A DNA stretch of 64,000 nt. It comes from Sporopachydermia quercuum. Taxonomy: Eukaryota. The DNA lies in contig BCGN01000002.1 of NCBI GenBank assembly GCA_001599295.1, forward strand, positions 1,736,001-1,800,000. Direction: 5' to 3'. Both the position numbers and the translations under genes were made by a program. This document shows positions 33,441 through 44,559 of this stretch, piece by piece (the stretch's first letter is position 1; every line of letters starts with the position of its first letter). The notes under the pieces were generated by a model. The model was given only the letters and a program-made list of their open reading frames with translations, was not told where the DNA came from and did no database searches.

Positions 33441-35195
33441 ATGAGTGAAAACATCCCTGCCACATCATTGGGATCAACAAATCTGCCGTCTAATGGTTCT
33501 TCATTGCATAGGGTTTCCAATGATCAGCTTTCTGATACACTAGATGCAAGTGGGGAAATCTCAGACGAGTCTATTGAAAGTTACAATGGACAGAGGCCGT
33601 CTCATGGTCCAATGTCTATGGATGACTATATGGTAGGAGAAGGACAAATTATACGACATTTTTCTCATACCAACGATGACGAAGAAAATCCTAATGAAAC
33701 ATTGAAAAGAATAGTAACTAATGAGATTGATCACGCACTTCATAGGACCGCCACATCAACAGATAGTATTAAGACATATCTACCAGAAAATGGAGGTCCA
33801 CCATCAAGGGTTGGAATGTTTTCACCTAGCAACAAAGAAAAATTGAGAATAGTATTATTTTCCTTTTTAAAGAATTATGTGATTATGATATCCCTGATCT
33901 TCTGTATTTTCTCTATTTATTGGGGATCATTGTATCAGAGACAAACCAGGTTGAAGAACATACCTTACTTAATGGTTAACGGTGATGAAGCAGGTAATGA
34001 AGTTCCGCCTTACATTGGCGACCTACTAATTGATATTGTGGACACACCCGAAATAAGAGCTTTAGGCTCGTGGCATGTATATAACGAGTCTGAGTTCGAG
34101 TCAATTGCACAAGAAAAGGGTCTAACTACAATTGAATATATGGAACAACTAGTTCATCGGAGAAAGTATTGGGCTTCTGTATATATAAGGCAAAATGCTA
34201 CACAAGACTTATATCAGTCACTACAAAATACTACTATACCGTATAACAATACGGGTACAGTCATTGTGGGATACGAATCTGCCAGAGATTTGGTGACAAT
34301 TAGCAGTTACATCCTACCAGGAGTGAGAACTATGGAAACTATTTTCATTGACACTATCTCAAACAGAGTTTACGATCCCCTAATGGCATTACTCAATTCT
34401 ACTCAAAAGACAGATATAATTGATAATGCGCCATCGTTGTTAACAAATATTCCAAGCTTTATATTCATTGATAGATTGGCTCAAGCAGATTCAGTTCTAA
34501 TGGCACCTCTACAAGTTGGGTTAATTTTCGTTATCATTATTACTTTTTTCCAGTTTAACTTTTTCTCTCCTACTCATATGATACTCGCTCAGACAGTGAA
34601 GATAAAGCATTTTGTCTTATACCGTATGATTTCAGCTCAGATTTCATATTTGTTATTATCAATTGCATATTGTACAGTATCAGCATTCTTCCAAGTCGAC
34701 TTTAGACGCGCTTATGGCAGTGGTGGTTTTGTTGTCTATTGGATGATTACATACCTTGAAATGGCAGCCGTTGGTGGTATGAATGAAGTAGCTGCCTTAA
34801 TGCTTATACCTTTTTATCCACCAGTTTTGGGTTTTTGGCTTGTATTTTGGGTCATTTCCAACATTTCTCCAACATTTTCTCCTATTGAGCTCTGTCCTGG
34901 TTTCTATAAGTACGGATTTGGCTTCCCTGTGTTCAATGCTGCTGAAGCTAGTAGAGTTGTTTTATTGGATACCTGGAAAGGTCATATGGGACGAAATGTG
35001 GGTGTTTTGGTTGCTTGGATCGGACTGAATAACATTCTTTTGCCTCTTGCATTGAAGTTCTTTGGGACAGTTATGGGCAAAAGAAAAGCTCAAGAAATGG
35101 CAGCGCAAAGAGCAGAAATTCAGAGAGCAGTTAGGGATGCTGTGCACAAATGTGCTAGTAAGTTTGAAAAACGGTCTATTGTTAATTCTGATTGA
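33441..35195 (+). CDS. SNG1: Sng1-family multi-pass membrane protein (DUF3533, nitrosoguanidine resistance)
   Basis: IFSIYWGSLY, VHRRKYWASVYIRQNAT, APLQVGLIF, YGSGGFVVYWM, AVGGMNE, GFWLVFWVISNIS, FYKYGFGFP. Confidence 0.88.
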   Translation: MSENIPATSLGSTNLPSNGSSLHRVSNDQLSDTLDASGEISDESIESYNGQRPSHGPMSMDDYMVGEGQIIRHFSHTNDDEENPNETLKRIVTNEIDHALHRTATSTDSIKTYLPENGGPPSRVGMFSPSNKEKLRIVLFSFLKNYVIMISLIFCIFSIYWGSLYQRQTRLKNIPYLMVNGDEAGNEVPPYIGDLLIDIVDTPEIRALGSWHVYNESEFESIAQEKGLTTIEYMEQLVHRRKYWASVYIRQNATQDLYQSLQNTTIPYNNTGTVIVGYESARDLVTISSYILPGVRTMETIFIDTISNRVYDPLMALLNSTQKTDIIDNAPSLLTNIPSFIFIDRLAQADSVLMAPLQVGLIFVIIITFFQFNFFSPTHMILAQTVKIKHFVLYRMISAQISYLLLSIAYCTVSAFFQVDFRRAYGSGGFVVYWMITYLEMAAVGGMNEVAALMLIPFYPPVLGFWLVFWVISNISPTFSPIELCPGFYKYGFGFPVFNAAEASRVVLLDTWKGHMGRNVGVLVAWIGLNNILLPLALKFFGTVMGKRKAQEMAAQRAEIQRAVRDAVHKCASKFEKRSIVNSD

Positions 35196-35456
35196 AAAGC
35201 GGTGATTAAATACCCATATGATTTATTCTTAATCTTAATAATTAATTTAATACAATTCAACGATTAATAGAGTTTATTTGTAGCTAACTTGACGCTTCTC
35301 AAGTAAAAGTATGAACATTTCGGACGAAGAAAAGACATGAATAAATTGATACTTAGTTTGATGCAGAACAAGGCTTCACATCTCTTTTCAAGAGAATAGA
35401 TGCATGCTGAGACGTGTAGTATCAATTCTCAGATATACTTAGGATTACATAATATC

Positions 35457-35526
35457 AAAAAAATTTTATGCGTAAAGTGAATCCCTAAGTAACCTTAATT
35501 ATTTATCTTTGAAAGATGAAAATTTC
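35457..35526. promoter_or_regulatory. RRPE-like motifs upstream of PNO1
   Basis: AAAAAAATTTT 35457-35467 and TGAAAATTTC 35517-35526 ahead of a ribosome-biogenesis gene. Confidence 0.45.
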
Positions 35527-35664
35527 TTACAGGTATAGTCAAGTTTATATCAACTATATTAGTTTAGTTGTTTAAGTCAATAAGGATAAAACCAAAACCT
35601 GGAAAGACTGGTTATCCATACAACTCATAGTTGAATATCAGGATATTGTTATAATAATATCAAA

Positions 35665-36432
35665 ATGGCTGCACCTACCGCGTTGAAGCAGCCTCAAGTA
35701 GCTCAAGAGCCCAAGTTAAGCAAAATCGATGCAGATGGAGATGATGTGTTGATTGATGTTACATCTACTGAACCACAAACTGAGAGTTCCGAGCCCAAGA
35801 AAGATGAGAAAGAGTCTAAAGGCCTTGTGTTAGATGAAGAAGGGAGACCTAAATTTGCATCAGCGAAAAGAGCTGGCGAGAAAGTGAAAAGAGAATCAAG
35901 AAAAGTACCAATCCCACCACATAGAATGACACCACTAAGAAATACTTGGATGAAAATTTATCCTCCATTAGTTGATCATCTGAAACTACAGGTGCGCATG
36001 AATGTGAAAGGTCGATGTGTTGAGTTAAGAACTTGCAAAGATACCACTGATCCTGGCGCGTTACAAAAGGGTGCTGATTTCATCAAAGCTTTTAGTCTTG
36101 GCTTTGACGTAGACGATTCAATTGCACTCTTAAGATTAGACGATTTATACATTGAGACGTTTGAAGTTAAGGATGTGAAGACATTAACTGGGGACCATTT
36201 GAGTAGAGCAATTGGTCGTATTGCTGGTAAAGATGGTAGAACCAAATTTGCCATTGAGAATGCAACCAGAACTAGAATCGTGCTTGCTGACTCAACTATT
36301 CATATTTTAGGAGGTTTCACCAATATCAGAATTGCTAGAGAAGCTGTTGTGAGTTTGATTTTAGGCAGTCCTCCAGGGAAAATTTATGGTAATCTTCGAA
36401 CGGTGGCTTCAAGAATGAAGGAAAGATATTAG
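35665..36432 (+). CDS. PNO1: Pre-rRNA processing KH-domain protein Pno1/Dim2
   Basis: RKVPIPPHRMTPLR..W.KIYPPLV, IALLRLDDLYIETFEVKDVKTL.GDHLSRAIGRIAGKDG, GNLRTVASRMKERY. Confidence 0.98.
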   Translation: MAAPTALKQPQVAQEPKLSKIDADGDDVLIDVTSTEPQTESSEPKKDEKESKGLVLDEEGRPKFASAKRAGEKVKRESRKVPIPPHRMTPLRNTWMKIYPPLVDHLKLQVRMNVKGRCVELRTCKDTTDPGALQKGADFIKAFSLGFDVDDSIALLRLDDLYIETFEVKDVKTLTGDHLSRAIGRIAGKDGRTKFAIENATRTRIVLADSTIHILGGFTNIRIAREAVVSLILGSPPGKIYGNLRTVASRMKERY

Positions 36433-36736
36433 ACAGAAGGTTATTATGAGAGTTAAAAGGAATTCTATGTCTCTCCTTTTCTTATTATCATGCATGGATT
36501 TGACAAGAAACGGGTTCTTGCATATTTTTAATGTTTCATCATCATTTTGTTATGTAGAGATAAACTATGGGTTTTGGGTTTCAGATTGATTTTTTTGTCA
36601 TCTTTAGTAAGGTTAATCTGGTAATTATATAATTTAGCATTTAAACAATACTCATGAAAGTAGGGAATTTGTTATTCTGTGAGATCCATTCCTCCAATTT
36701 TCATATTATACAGTAATTTATATACAAATCCATACG

Positions 36737-37330
36737 TTATTTCTTCTTCTGTTTCACAGCAAATGGGTCATTAGTATTGGCTTTTTTCTTAGATGATGTT
36801 ATCTTGGTACGACTTTCTTCCTCATTATCATCGCTTCCGGAATCATTGTATGAATCATTGGAAGTCCTGCTAATCTTACTCCTATCATCTGTTCTTTCAT
36901 CACTTTTCATATCACGAGAAACAGTTGCCAAAAATCTTTTCTCGATGCTTTGTTGTGTTTTCCCATTATAATTCCCTTTCTCTATTCTACCCGTAGACCC
37001 AATCTTTCTAACTTTACTGTTATTAATTCTGTTAAGTATTCGTCTAGTTATCATATCAGCTGAACCAGGATCTTTATTCCCTAGGGAATTCTTTTTGGAG
37101 TTACTTATTTGCGAGAGTACTGAATCCACAGTTAAATCATCTTCAGTAAATTTCTTTATACCTTCTCCTGGCAATATCACAGGTAACTGTTGTAGTTTTG
37201 TAGACTCTTCATACTCTTCCGAGTTATTATTTCTTCCCAGCCACGATTCGACGAGTTTGTTTGTTTGTGAAATAGAGACAGTTAAAGAAGCACGAAGAAC
37301 ATCTAGTTCGTTTTTGTTCTTAGGAGGCAT
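36737..37330 (-). CDS. NOP19: Nop19-like (DUF3245) basic nucleolar protein
   Basis: LTVSISQTNKLVESWL N-terminal motif, DDNEEESRTK and Lys-rich tail; AAAATG start at 37330; close to LSC2/SDA1/PFK1 as in S. cerevisiae chr VII. Confidence 0.55.
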   Translation of the reverse strand: MPPKNKNELDVLRASLTVSISQTNKLVESWLGRNNNSEEYEESTKLQQLPVILPGEGIKKFTEDDLTVDSVLSQISNSKKNSLGNKDPGSADMITRRILNRINNSKVRKIGSTGRIEKGNYNGKTQQSIEKRFLATVSRDMKSDERTDDRSKISRTSNDSYNDSGSDDNEEESRTKITSSKKKANTNDPFAVKQKKK

Positions 37331-39517
37331 TTTAGCATACAAAGTAATGATAAGAATTTGATGTGGCTATGTTGATAACGATATCGGTTCTGCACAAACT
37401 GATCAAGCCAAAGTTACTTGTGAATCAAATCAACTTCGGGAAAGAAACCACTCTTACTAGAACCTTTATTTATCTCATATCTTTAGATCAAAAACCTAGT
37501 TTATTACGTTACATAATAACTATTGATTCGATGGCTCATTGTTAGCTCTTTGATAATGAAAAGTATGCTTTAAGAGATTCTCATGTTGAGAAAATACATT
37601 TGACAAGAAAGGAAGATGCAAGTTATTGCAGATGTGCATAATTATGCATATACTATTGACCGGCCTAACGGCGGCGGGGTCAATTGACAAGCCAATATTA
37701 ATGAAATATTGAACAAATTTAATGAAAAAGAACAAATATCAATATATATTCAATAAAGAAAAAGGAAATAAAGATGAGATCTCTGGAATTATATTGGTTA
37801 TTAAAAGTTGGATGTAGAATCTTAGCTGCATTTTGAATTCAGGTCAATGGAACATCAAAAAGTGGAATGAAGATAATAGAATAGCCACTCTCAAGGAATT
37901 TCTCACAGTTTATTGAATTCAACAACAAGACAATTTGTAGAATGAACCCAATTAGTTACTGTGACCATTATCTTGTCACCGTCTTAATATCGCAATACTT
38001 GTAGCATATCTTTTATCATACCTCTCAATTGATTTGATTACAAATTCAATTGAATTGCGTGAGATTCAACGGTCAGATAATACTGGTCTAGGCTAGAAGC
38101 ACTTCAAACTAATTTTCATAGTAAACTAGCCCCACTTTTCAAAGCCATTTATTTGGGGGTAATGGCAACAGTATTTTCCCCATTATCATGGAAAAAATAT
38201 CTGTCAAAATTATTTACATTTTCCACGCGCCAAGGTTTTGTTTTCACTACCACCGCGCTATCTCGGATAATGGGAGAGTTCGAGGGGAGTAAACCATAAT
38301 TTTTCTTGTTACATACTGAGAAGGAATGTTTGATTATTTTGATACATAGTAACATTATGTTGGATTCAGTTGATAGTAGGATGAAAGGAAGCAAATGTCG
38401 ATAATCAATTAAATTAAAACATAGGATTACGTGAATGAAGTATTGGAACTACAACCAAGGATAATAGGCCTAAGAAAACCAAGTCAAGGCCAATTGATCG
38501 ATTCCCTACCTAGTATAATTCAGAAACATGATACGGATTCGCTGATTGTTAACCAGGACGCTTTTTCTTATTCTTTGAACTCAACTTACCGATCCATACT
38601 ATTTTGCTCATCGTAAATGTGATTACAATAATTGTTGAGTGGAGGGGTAAGGTTGCTTCCGAAATGAGCCTATATTTGAAATTCTGCATTATCATGCATA
38701 GGGATGCACGAGGTTTAAGCTCTTCATACTTACAAGGATAAATTGAAATATCTCCCTATAATGTGACGTGCCACACAGAGGAACAATATAGAGGATATTG
38801 TATATGGGTACGATTATACGTGCATCGCAACTGTAGAATAATCATGAATTTTTATTTAAATAAATATTTAGAAGTTTAGGTTATTATAATTGCGTATTTT
38901 CAGCTTAAATTGTGATTTATAATAACGGTTGATTCTGCTGCCTTCCTTCTCTTATACCTCTCTTTATTTCTACAATATTCGGATCATCTAGTAAACTAAC
39001 TCGGTATTAATAGTTGGGTCAGTGATTGGTACATCCGAATGCACTTTAAATGTCGGTACAGCTTCGTGCGTTAGTCAACACGAAACACTGAAGGAAAATC
39101 TACTACAACCGTTCATAGAAATCAATTGTTTACACAATATAACCAAGATAAGGCTGAACAAGTAAATGACATGATTGAGCCTAGGAAGAAGAAGTAAATC
39201 ACCATACGAGCTTCTACTCCTTCATTTTACTGCCGTTGCCATAAATGATTATATATTTGCTAACACTGTACAAGCTTCATATATTATAAACTACTATTGT
39301 TCAATTGGTTTCATCACTGCTCAAGCTCCGTAGAAAGAATTTCTGTTCTGTTCCATATAAGAAAGAGCCATCCTATTCCGGTTCATTTCATTTCACACAA
39401 CAACTCCTGGAGAACAATTGCCTGCGCCATTAAACTTATTCCAAAATTTCCCAATTACATCCCCTTTTATTCAAATCTTCATCTTATCCCCCCGGATGTA
39501 TAAAGTGGATCAAGGAT

Positions 39518-39565
39518 CAACTGGTTTCTATTGTTAATCCGCAACTGGTTTCTATTGTTAATCCG
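39518..39565. repeat. Perfect 24-bp tandem duplication upstream of LSC2
   Basis: CAACTGGTTTCTATTGTTAATCCG x2 (39518-39541, 39542-39565). Confidence 0.95.
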
Positions 39566-39905
39566 AACAAGTCGTGGTAATGAGATATCATTTGCCCTAT
39601 ACATGTAATAAAGACAAGTCAAATCTTGTACTTAAGAACTTAGTACCTATGCATGCAGCTGCATGCGACGGAACATCCTGCACTGTACAGAATCTTCAGA
39701 GCGGGCTATCAAATTAAAGTGTGGTTTATTGAGAAACCTCTTCCTTCTTCTTATTACCTTGTAGATGTTTGATAGATTGTATAGATGAATAGCGATAATT
39801 TATATATATAAACCAGTTTGAAAGTAGTACAATTGTTAATTGCCTATACCAATTTATAACAATTTCGTTGTTGCATTGTGTTTTGTTGTACTGTATTATT
39901 AAACC

Positions 39906-41903
39906 ATGTTCTCCTCAGTTGTTAGAAACACTTTGAAGGCTAAGGTAAGTAACCATTGATATGATGGTGATAACTACGATGGAATGATTGTTACTTTTAG
40001 TTTGCCTACGTGAATCCTTTTTCTAACATTTACACCAAAAGCCTTTTGCTAGATCTTCCATGATCTCTAAGAGATATCTTTCTCTTCATGAATACAGATC
40101 TGCTGCTTTATTGAAATCAGTAAGTATTAATTAATTTCTGTAATTATTGGNCAGCTCCAGTTCTCTATTATAGATAAATATAACATGATCCATCTGGTTT
40201 TTGGTTTCTCCGGAACATTTTGTTCCACGGGGTAAAACATTAAAGCAGGCAAGTTCAATATAATCACCTGTTAATTGCCCTTGATATATGAAGTCATGAA
40301 ATTATTCAGTCTCCAACTCGTACAATCAATTGGCTTCCTTATAGACAGGCCATTGACATTATTACACATTTTCTTTGTACCGCAACCTTTTACCCCCTCT
40401 AAATAAGGTTTAAGGCGTTACAGTACAGTATGTTACTACCCCAAGTCTCCTTACAGCAGCACAAGAATGAGGTGAGATCAAATATGGAAGAATCTGTATT
40501 TAACCGGTGGAGACGCGAGCGTGAACAACATAAGGATAAGATTTGGAGTATTAGGGGTTTGGGATTAGGAGATGGTTAAAATAATGAATATATGTAGAAC
40601 GGATTGAGATTTCAATCCGGGATAAATAATTGAATCAGATGGAATGAACTGCAATGACCAAAAGGTAGATGAGATGAGAATGATAACGAGTCACTAACTA
40701 AAGTAATAGTATGGTGTTGGTGTTCCCAAGGGAGATGCTTCCACCACCCCTGAAGGGGCAGAAGAAATTGCGAAGAACCTTGGAACTGAAGATATGGTTA
40801 TTAAGGCCCAAGCATTGACTGGTGGTAGAGGCAAAGGTGTTTTCGACAGTGGATTGAAGGGAGGCGTTAAGTTAATCACATCACCTTTAGAAGCTAAAAT
40901 GTATGCTGAACAAATGTTGGGACACAAGCTCATCACCAAGCAATCTGGTCCTCAAGGTAAAGAAGTCACTGCTGTTTATGTTGTGGAAAGAGCTTTTGTT
41001 AGAAGAGAAGCCTATTTGGCGATTCTTATGGACAGAGCTCACCAATGCCCTATGATTGTTGCCTCATCTCAAGGTGGTATGGACATTGAAGGTGTTGCTG
41101 CTGAAACTCCGGATGCTATTAAAACATTCCAAGTTGATCTTAATGCTGGTGTTACTGATGAACTCGCTGGTAAGGTCGCAGCATCATTAGGTTACTCTGA
41201 AAAGGCCATTGATGATGCCAAGGATGTTGTGAAGAAGCTTTACAAGATTTTTGTTGATAAGGATGCTACCCAAATCGAAATTAATCCTTTATCTGAAACC
41301 ACCGATCACAAAGTTTTGGCTATGGATGCCAAGTTGGCTTTCGATGATAATGCTGCATTCAGACAACAAGAAATTTTCTCCTGGAGAGATCTTACCCAAG
41401 AAGACCCTGATGAAGTTGAAGCTTCTAAGTCTGGTCTTAACTTCATTAAATTAGATGGTAACATTGGATGTTTAGTCAATGGTGCTGGTCTTGCCATGGC
41501 TACTATGGATATCATTAAACTTTATGGTGGTAACCCAGCTAACTTTTTAGATTGCGGTGGTGGTGCCACTGTTGACGCCATTAAGAAGGCTTTCGAACTA
41601 ATTACTGCTGAAGCTCAAGTTACTGCCATCTTTGTCAATATTTTCGGTGGTATTGTCAGATGTGATAACATTGCCAAGGGTTTGATTGCTGTTGCTCAAA
41701 ACATGAACTTGAACATTCCTATTGTTGCCAGATTACAAGGTACCAACTTAGAAGCCGCTCAAGAATTGATTTCCAACTCTGGCTTAAAGATTTTCTCTTA
41801 TCCTGACTTGGATCAAGCTGCTGAGAAAGTTTGTCAATTATCAAAGGTCGTTCAAATGGCTAGAGAAATTGATGTCAATGTTTCCTTTGAGCTCCCATTG
41901 TAA
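39906..41903 (+). CDS. LSC2: Succinyl-CoA ligase beta subunit, mitochondrial; 3 exons
   Basis: Exons 39906-39944, 40042-40119, 40710-41903. Presequence then RYLSLHEY; VIKAQALTGGRGKG, SSQGGMDIE, FDDNAAFRQ, GNIGCLVNGAGLAMATMD, NIFGGIVRCD. Confidence 0.96.
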
Positions 41904-42472
41904 ACAGCTTTTATATTACTGATTTACGTTACAACTTATAATACAAACCGGTTTATATAATCATCTGGACTAGATTGGTACCATACTTTTATATACTAGT
42001 TTTAACACAGTGTTTATAACTTTTCATTAGTATCAAGTATACTTGTAGGGTCTTATTGCTATGCTCTTTTTCTCGTTCTCTATAACAATATACTCATAAT
42101 TATCAAAATAACAACATTACTCTCTCAAGATAGTCATCTTTTCTTTTTTGATTATTAATATTAACCTGAGATATCTCAAATCATTTCCATAATTTAGTAT
42201 TAATTCCTTCATAATTTTTAGGGGGCTGTTCTAACTATAATTAGCCTCTTCGACACTATTTTGAGATTACATAAACACAATTCACTACCAGCAAGTAGAG
42301 AATTTTGCTATATTAAATCTACTCATCATCAGATATTGTAATCTATTTACTAACCAATATATTTACTGATATCTTGCACATAGCTTATAAATCTACCAGA
42401 CAGCCGTTCCATCTTTCTTGNTTATTGCCATTTTCTTGTTTTGTCCTTTTCTTTCGTTTGAATCGTCTGAAA

Positions 42473-44221
42473 ATGCTCCAAAGGCTGAGACTGACCAAAG
42501 TCTCCACCGGTCATGGTAGATGCTTTTCGTCTAGTACTTATTGTCTGGGAGACCATGTTGAACCATCAGCAGCTACAGATATTCCCCAATCATCACCTGT
42601 TACTGGTGAAAACGAAAAATGGCTGACGTTTTTACGTAAACAGCTTGAAGAAGAAGCCTCTGGTAAACGTGTCCCAGGACAGAGATACAATATAGTTAAG
42701 GCACGTTTTCCAGTAAGAAAGTTCAATCCTTACACATCACAATTTTCCCATTTACCTTCAAGTATGAGACCAAAGTTATCTCAGTCGACTTCTCAAATGT
42801 TTTCTGATGTCAGGACTATACGTGTGCGTTCAGGGAAAGGTGGCAATGGGTCTGCTTCCTTTTTCCGAGATGCAGGAAGATCTCAAGGTCCTCCTGATGG
42901 TGGAAATGGTGGTGATGGTGGAAGTGTTTATATTCAAGCTGTTACCGGAATTTGGAGTTTGCACAAGCTCAAGACATCTTATTTAGCGGGAAATGGTAGA
43001 AACGGGTTAGGAAGGCAATTAGATGGTGCCAATGGTGAAGATATAGTGATTTACGTACCAGTAGGAACAACTGTTAGATGGGTTCCTGATCCTAAAGAAC
43101 TGAGAAGAACTTTGGTTGAAAGAGTAGAGCAAAATGAAGACGGCGGAACAACAATTTCAAATACGGTATATGGCCCTGATGGTGAGGTTCTGGAAGTTCC
43201 TAACATTACAAATGATGGATTGAATGGCAAATATCTGAGTAAAGATTCTACGTATGAATCATGGAATCGTATGTCTGATGAACTGATTGAGGTTCCAATC
43301 ATAGCTGATCCTGTTGATCCTACAATGCCAGGGTTTGTAAAACTCGAGAGAGACTCCTATGAAGATGGTCAAGGTTGGATTCATAAAGGTAAAGATGAAG
43401 AATATCATGAAGGAAAAGCATTCTTCAAGCAGCTGAGAAATAACGTGAAAATGTATGATAGGCAAATCAGATTTGAAGAGGAAGAGGCAGATATGTTTCC
43501 AATTGACGGCATAGATTTAGATGAACCAACGCCTAAACCAATATTACTTGTGAAAGGTGGTAAAGGAGGTTTAGGTAATATGCATTTCCTTACAAATGAT
43601 ATTCGTAATCCGAGGTTCTGTTTACAAGGTAGAGGATCAGCATATAGTTGCTTCCTACTGGAACTCAAGTTATTAGCAGATTTGGGACTTGTTGGTTTAC
43701 CCAATGCCGGCAAATCAACATTATTAAGAGCTATTTCGAAAGCTACACCTCAAGTTGGCCATTGGGAATTCACTACTTTGACACCAACTATAGGAACAAT
43801 CTCCGTAGGAATCGATAGACCTCCTTTTACTGTTGCTGATATTCCAGGGATTATTGAAGGAGCAAAGGATAATAAAGGTATGGGGCTGGACTTCTTGAGA
43901 CATATCGAAAGATCAGGAGGACTAGTTTTCGTGATCGCTTTGGATTCCAAAGTCAATTCACGTAATAAGGACCCTGTAGCCGCATTGAAAATATTATGGA
44001 ATGAATTAGGACCTCGACGAACAGACAGTAAAAGAGTTTTGATCGTTGCAACGAAAGCTGATGTTGAAGGATCTGAGGAGAATTATAAATTACTGCTCGA
44101 TTATATTAATAGTAATGAAGAATGGAAAGATACCTGGAATGTTATACCAATATGTGCATTGAAGAAGGAGAACATAGAGAATGTTATTAGGCTAATGGCT
44201 AAGACAGCTGGTAAGTTTTAG
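42473..44221 (+). CDS. MTG2: Mitochondrial Obg-family GTPase
   Basis: AAAATG at 42473; Obg Gly-rich fold (SGKGGNG..GPPDGGNGGDGG), LELKLLADLGLVGLPNAGKST, WEFTTLTP, VADIPG, ATKAD. Confidence 0.94.
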   Translation: MLQRLRLTKVSTGHGRCFSSSTYCLGDHVEPSAATDIPQSSPVTGENEKWLTFLRKQLEEEASGKRVPGQRYNIVKARFPVRKFNPYTSQFSHLPSSMRPKLSQSTSQMFSDVRTIRVRSGKGGNGSASFFRDAGRSQGPPDGGNGGDGGSVYIQAVTGIWSLHKLKTSYLAGNGRNGLGRQLDGANGEDIVIYVPVGTTVRWVPDPKELRRTLVERVEQNEDGGTTISNTVYGPDGEVLEVPNITNDGLNGKYLSKDSTYESWNRMSDELIEVPIIADPVDPTMPGFVKLERDSYEDGQGWIHKGKDEEYHEGKAFFKQLRNNVKMYDRQIRFEEEEADMFPIDGIDLDEPTPKPILLVKGGKGGLGNMHFLTNDIRNPRFCLQGRGSAYSCFLLELKLLADLGLVGLPNAGKSTLLRAISKATPQVGHWEFTTLTPTIGTISVGIDRPPFTVADIPGIIEGAKDNKGMGLDFLRHIERSGGLVFVIALDSKVNSRNKDPVAALKILWNELGPRRTDSKRVLIVATKADVEGSEENYKLLLDYINSNEEWKDTWNVIPICALKKENIENVIRLMAKTAGKF

Positions 44222-44559
44222 GAAGAAGTTAGAACAGTGTTTTTTTTGAACATCTAGAAGATTCAGAAATAGAATGAAGTTGATTTGAAATGTGTAGTTT
44301 CTTGTATATATAATGTGTGAAAGGAAGTGAGTACTTACAGATTTTGTTATGCTTTATGATATTAATATGATACAAATAATATCTGGAAGACTATTACTAT
44401 GATTCTTATGATTATTACAAATATCCAATACAAATACCCAATAAAAATATCCAATATAAAAACAATTAAACTAACTAGTATACTCATATTTCTTATGACT
44501 ATTCCATTATTTATGTCACACAGTAATCAATCGATAATACCATTAAAAAAATCTGTAAA

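Noticed and set aside
40120..40709. TPP riboswitch or D1,2 stwintron in LSC2 intron 2
   Set aside because: TPP core motifs are absent; removing 40120-40428 would not regenerate a GT donor
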